A stretch of DNA of 63,734 nucleotides, counting the filler. It is 7 parts of 7 records of this genome, joined end to end, with 100 filler letters (N's around TTAATTAATTAA, not from the genome) between each part and the next. Parts side by side here need not be neighbours in the genome. Positions count along the whole stretch, not along the records: positions 57,468 to 63,734 come from SRR31156797_18232; 6 more parts are not named here. The stretch is one strand, 5' to 3'. This document shows, piece after piece, positions 59,903-63,734 of this stretch. Position 1 is the first letter of the stretch. The number at the start of each line of letters is the position of its first letter. The notes below the pieces were generated by a model. The model ran no database searches, was not told the origin of the DNA, and worked only from the letters and a program-made list of their open reading frames with translations. The position numbers and the translations under genes were made by a program.

Positions 59903-60561
59903 AATCCGGAACGCCGGACTGGAAAACCATATTCAAGATCCTTAACGAATTCAAAGGGGGCTTCGAGCTTCCCTCTGTCTCCCTGATCGGAGTGGAGAGC
60001 GGCACCCCCTTCCGTATCCTGATCTCCACACTCATCTCCCTGAGAACCAGGGACGAGGTGACCCTGGCGGCCTCGCGCCGCCTTTTCGAGGTCGCAGACA
60101 CAGCCGAAAAACTGCGCGCCCTGAGGCGAGAGAGGGTTGAGGAGCTGATCTATCCCTGCGGTTTTTACAGAACCAAGGCGGAAAATATGCACAGGATCTG
60201 CGATTCCATCCTGAACGAGCACGGAGGGGAGGTTCCCGATACTCTGGATGAACTGCTCGCCTTTCCGGGAGTGGGCCTGAAAACGGCCAACCTGGTGCTC
60301 AGCCTGGGCTTCGCCATCCCCGCCATCTGCGTGGACACCCATGTCCACAGGATCTCGAACCGGATGGGCTGGATCAGAACGTCCAAGCCCGACGACTCGG
60401 TAGCAGCGCTGGAGGCCGTGCTGCCCGGGGAGCACTGGATAGAGATCAACGAGCTGCTGGTCCTCTACGGACAGCAGGTCTGCACCCCCCGCAATCCGAT
60501 CTGCTCGCAGTGCCCTCTCTCTATGCACTGCGGCCGCGTCGGCGTGGAACAGTCGCGCTGA
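59899..60561 (+). CDS. nth: Endonuclease III
   Basis: HhH PGVGLKTAN, VDTHVHRI, 4Fe-4S C-x6-C-x2-C-x5-C. Confidence 0.93.
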   Translation: MKSGTPDWKTIFKILNEFKGGFELPSVSLIGVESGTPFRILISTLISLRTRDEVTLAASRRLFEVADTAEKLRALRRERVEELIYPCGFYRTKAENMHRICDSILNEHGGEVPDTLDELLAFPGVGLKTANLVLSLGFAIPAICVDTHVHRISNRMGWIRTSKPDDSVAALEAVLPGEHWIEINELLVLYGQQVCTPRNPICSQCPLSMHCGRVGVEQSR

Positions 60562-60579
60562 AAGCGCGCCCTTCCGGGC

Positions 60580-62199
60580 TTAATTCGTCAGCTCGGAGGG
60601 CAGTTTCTTCCGGCTGAACCGGGACGTTTTGAGAGGATTGCCCCTGTTATCGTATTCGAAGACAGCCGCCGCTGTCCCCTCGCGGTTTTCCACGGGCTGC
60701 TCGTCGATGCCGTAATAGGTCTCGCTCAGGGGATTCCCGTACTTGTCATAGGTCCAGTGGTAGATGGCAACGCCTTCGGCATTGGCCTTGTACTGACCGA
60801 AGAGGCCGAACTGGCTCTGGCTGACGGCGTTATCGTCCTCGTCATAGTCCCAGCTATAGGAGGCGATGCCCTCGCTGTTCTCCACAGGCCTCTCCTCCTC
60901 GTTATAGTGAAGCTCCTCCAGCTTGTTTCCGCTCAGGTCATAGTTCCAGCGGTAGAGAGCGACGCCCGTATCATCCGCCTTGAGCTGATCGTAATCGGAG
61001 TAGCTGCGGGACTCGATCATATTCCCCGCCTCATCGTACTCGTAACGGTACATGGAGATGCCCCAGGTATCCTCCTTCAGGGAGTCGTCCACATCGTAGT
61101 ACTTCTGCTCGGTGATGTTGCCTCTCTCATCGAAGACCCAGCGATAAGAGGCGAAGCCGTTGTTGTCGTTCACCTGCTCACCGGCGACGCCGAAGTTCTT
61201 CTGCTCCAGCTCGTTGCCCTGGGGATAGTGGATCCAATGATAGACGGCCACGCCCTGCCTGTCCGTGGTGAGACGGCCGGCTTCGTCGTAGTGCTCTTCC
61301 CGAATGCGATTGCCCATCCCGTCATAGAACCACTGATAGCGGACCACCCCGTTGCTGTCGCTGCGGGGCTCCCCGGAGCTGCCGAAGTTCAGACGGGAGA
61401 GCTTGTTGCCGTCGTCGTCCCAACGGTAGACGACAAAAGAGACGTCCTCATCGTTCAGGACGGGACGCTCGGAGCTGTCGAACCAGCTTTCCCGAACCAG
61501 GTTGCCCTGCTCGTCCCACTCCCTGCGCACCGCCGCGGGACGGCCTCCCGAATCCACGGGGACGCCCCGCTCGTCCAGCTGCAGGGTCATGGCCAGGTTA
61601 CCGCGCTCATCATAAAGGTAGCGCAGCTCGAACACGCCGTCATCCCCCACCCTGTTCCCGTCGGGATCGAAATAAAGCTCCGAAACCTTGCGGCCCATCT
61701 TGTCCACGTCCCACATGATGGAGGCGATGCCCTTCCGGTCGGCCTTCAGGTTGTCATAGCGGTCGTAGTGAAAGGCCGCCGTCACGTTCCCAGAGGAATC
61801 CTGCCGCAGGCGGACAGAGTAGACGCCCTGTTCGTCGGGGACGGGTTTCCCAGACGAATCCAGATGATTCCGGCGGATGTAGTTGCCGTTGTAAGCGAAC
61901 TGCATGACCGGGACGCCCAGAAGGGGATCCTTCAGGGTGGTGCCTCTCCGAAGGTACTCGATCCTGCTGATCCTGCCGTCATCCAGGGCGGAGAACTTAT
62001 AACAGTTCACCCCGAGGGCTTCCGACTCGTCCAGAGGATAAAGCCCCTGGATCCGCTCATCCTGTCCGATCCTGATCTTTCTGAAGTAGGACACCATCTC
62101 TCCGGCGCTCAGAAAGGATGCGGAAATGAATATCAACAGCGTCAGCAACGGGATCCTCAAGCTTATATTGATCGTTTTCATACTCTCTCTCTTAAACAT
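60580..62199 (-). CDS. Secreted protein made of about 13-14 tandem 32-aa YD-like repeats (alternative start 62181)
   Basis: Signal peptide; repeat unit approx. xY.W.YD..GN..E..Y/F...G.P.....G[VI]A. Confidence 0.8.
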   Translation of the reverse strand: MFKRESMKTINISLRIPLLTLLIFISASFLSAGEMVSYFRKIRIGQDERIQGLYPLDESEALGVNCYKFSALDDGRISRIEYLRRGTTLKDPLLGVPVMQFAYNGNYIRRNHLDSSGKPVPDEQGVYSVRLRQDSSGNVTAAFHYDRYDNLKADRKGIASIMWDVDKMGRKVSELYFDPDGNRVGDDGVFELRYLYDERGNLAMTLQLDERGVPVDSGGRPAAVRREWDEQGNLVRESWFDSSERPVLNDEDVSFVVYRWDDDGNKLSRLNFGSSGEPRSDSNGVVRYQWFYDGMGNRIREEHYDEAGRLTTDRQGVAVYHWIHYPQGNELEQKNFGVAGEQVNDNNGFASYRWVFDERGNITEQKYYDVDDSLKEDTWGISMYRYEYDEAGNMIESRSYSDYDQLKADDTGVALYRWNYDLSGNKLEELHYNEEERPVENSEGIASYSWDYDEDDNAVSQSQFGLFGQYKANAEGVAIYHWTYDKYGNPLSETYYGIDEQPVENREGTAAAVFEYDNRGNPLKTSRFSRKKLPSELTN

Positions 62200-63734
62200 T
62201 CAGACTCACTCCTCCGGAAGAGACGACCTCTTTCAGGATCTCGGTAAACTCGCCGAACTGCTCCAGGGTTCTGCTCTTCTTCTCCTCTTCCTGCCGCTTC
62301 AGAAGAAGCTCCCGGTAGCGAAAGATTTCGGATTGGACCGTCATGGGCCGGGCCACGGAGAAAAACTCCAGGGTGCCACTGTCGCCTGGGGTCTCGACAA
62401 TGACGTCCCCGTAGTTCAGAAGGATGCGGAGCAGGCCCTTCTGGTAAACCCTGACGTTCAGAACGCCTGCCAGATCGGTCTGGGTTCTCTCTTCTTTCGT
62501 CGCAAAGGGCTTGCGTTCGATATCCCAGATATAGGGCAGTTCAATCTTATAGATATCGTTCCACCAGTCAATACTGAGCCAGAGGCAGCGGAACAGCAGG
62601 GCGAGACGCAGCGCCCAGAACAGTGCCGACAGCGCTGCGGGGAGCCCTTCATCGGCCAGAAGAACGGGGAAGAGGGTCAGAACCAGGGCCGAAAGGGGCA
62701 TCAGCAACTGGAGCACCAGTACGGCGGGAGACTTCCGGAACACCCGGCTTCCCGCGCCCTCCGTCCCAGCCGGGGGAAGAGCCCCCTCTCCCCTGTAGGC
62801 AGGCCTTGAAGCGCTGTGTATCTTTTCTCTGACCAGCTCCCTGAAGATCTCCTTCTCCCGGGCTTCCGATTCGTTTTTCCGTCCGCTCTTCAGCTCCATA
62901 AGGGTTTTCTGCAGGGCGGCGGGGTGGTCGATGCCTCTGAAGACCAGTCCCCTGCCGGCGGTCTGTATGGTCAGATCGCCGATGCCGAGGATCTTCCTCA
63001 AGGGGCCCCGGACGCCCAGCTGCACGCTCTTGATCTGATCCAGGGGCAGCTCGTCCTGTTCCCTGCGAAAGCTTCGCCAGTTAAAGTAGCGCCTGAGCGC
63101 CGTCGTATCCCCGACCCGGTAGAGGGTCATGGAACGGAGGAAAAGCTCACAGCCCGCCAGGATCAGTCCCGCCGCTGCCAGGGGAGCGAACCAGAGGGAA
63201 CGGGACATGCCCGCAAGCCCTGCCGTTATCAGAACGGCGGGGAGAACCATGAAGAGGGAGAAGCTCTTCCGGCTGCTCCGTCCCTGATAGTGCCAGGGGC
63301 TTCCCTTTCTGCGCTGCACGCCCTTGAGCAGCTTCCACAGGTCGGACGGGAAACCGGAAAGCAGATGCCCCTCTCCGTCCATAAGGGGCTTCAGGCTGAT
63401 CCTTACGGAGGGGCGGGCCTTCCGGAAACGGCGAAACCCTTCGGCCCGCAACCTGAAGACGACCGCATCCTCCCTGGCCACATAAGAACCTTCTTCCCTG
63501 CGGGCCGTATGGAGGGCTTCGGCACCCCAGAAATCACCGCTGAAGTAGGTTCTCACAGGTCGTCCTTCGCGCATAAAGGAGACCGAGCCTGAAAGCACGA
63601 TATAAAGGCTATCCAGAATGTCCGATTCAAAGAGGATCTGCTCTCCCTTCAAAAAATCCTGCAGGAAGTAGAATTCCCTGAAGCTCGCCCGCTCGGAGGC
63701 GGTCATCCTGCGAAACAGGGGATGGGAGAACAAT
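62192..63734 (-). CDS. Membrane protein with cNMP-binding domain and two bacterial PH-like domains (5' truncated)
   Basis: LYIVLSGSV...GDFWG..AL cNMP fold; PLDQIKSV...ILGIGDLTIQTAG and LLNYGDVIVET PH-like motifs. Confidence 0.75.
   Translation of the reverse strand, partial: LFSHPLFRRMTASERASFREFYFLQDFLKGEQILFESDILDSLYIVLSGSVSFMREGRPVRTYFSGDFWGAEALHTARREEGSYVAREDAVVFRLRAEGFRRFRKARPSVRISLKPLMDGEGHLLSGFPSDLWKLLKGVQRRKGSPWHYQGRSSRKSFSLFMVLPAVLITAGLAGMSRSLWFAPLAAAGLILAGCELFLRSMTLYRVGDTTALRRYFNWRSFRREQDELPLDQIKSVQLGVRGPLRKILGIGDLTIQTAGRGLVFRGIDHPAALQKTLMELKSGRKNESEAREKEIFRELVREKIHSASRPAYRGEGALPPAGTEGAGSRVFRKSPAVLVLQLLMPLSALVLTLFPVLLADEGLPAALSALFWALRLALLFRCLWLSIDWWNDIYKIELPYIWDIERKPFATKEERTQTDLAGVLNVRVYQKGLLRILLNYGDVIVETPGDSGTLEFFSVARPMTVQSEIFRYRELLLKRQEEEKKSRTLEQFGEFTEILKEVVSSGGVSLNV

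Noticed and set aside
60580-62199. RHS polymorphic toxin
   Set aside because: No RHS core motif, no toxin tail and no immunity gene.
60757-62247. 496-aa + strand ORF
   Set aside because: Antisense shadow of the repeat protein.
1-63734. CRISPR arrays, tRNA/rRNA genes, transposases, integrases
   Set aside because: None recognised by eye; short or degenerate elements could have been missed without computational scans.

Overview
The window is not one locus. It is seven unrelated metagenomic contigs joined by 100-nt spacers (N44-TTAATTAATTAA-N44); taxon labels below are inferred from gene content and style. (1) 1-10038, Calditrichota/Marinimicrobia-like: a disrupted EamA gene, an outer-membrane protein, an ECF S-component and YhaM, divergent from a TonB-dependent receptor and a giant Ca-binding/FN3 secreted protein. 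(2) 10139-15264, spirochaete-like: an adenylate cyclase with a CheA-like N-terminus, a FecR protein and two lipoproteins. (3) 15365-22250, alphaproteobacterial: cysI, DUF934, GNAT, TetR, cysH, oxidoreductases, xylB. (4) 22351-40415, Desulfobacterota-like. (5) 40516-51192, Methanosarcinaceae archaeon: ferredoxin, pyrH, leuB/leuD, ablAB, a HerA-like ATPase, purP and a candidate sRNA. (6) 51293-57367, Fusobacteriota-like: dnaE, an accB-like gene, accC. (7) 57468-63734, spirochaete-like: gnd, carD-ispD-ispF-nth, a 32-aa repeat protein and a cNMP/PH protein. The most interesting part is contig 4. A corrinoid-dependent methyltransferase module (MtrH/MtgA-like, MtaA/CmuA-like, corrinoid protein, ASKHA/RACE activator, DUF6951, DUF2284, B12 riboswitch) is co-oriented with an unusual thiol/selenol redox arm. 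That arm has an atypical thioredoxin reductase and three paralogous (C/U)xxCxYM thioredoxin-fold proteins; two are probable selenoproteins that the ORF track truncates (in-frame TGA at codon 17). It also holds a natural head-only SMC ATPase ending in Cys-Cys, a TSCPD/pseudo-phosphoesterase fusion, a YkgJ Cys-cluster protein and a CobW GTPase. Other notable items: a BCCP-like protein without the biotinyl-lysine (BADC-like) directly before accC, a structured archaeal sRNA candidate, an internally deleted ASKHA relic behind the B12 riboswitch, and a probably leaderless carD operon. All assignments come from motif recognition by eye; no database searches were run.
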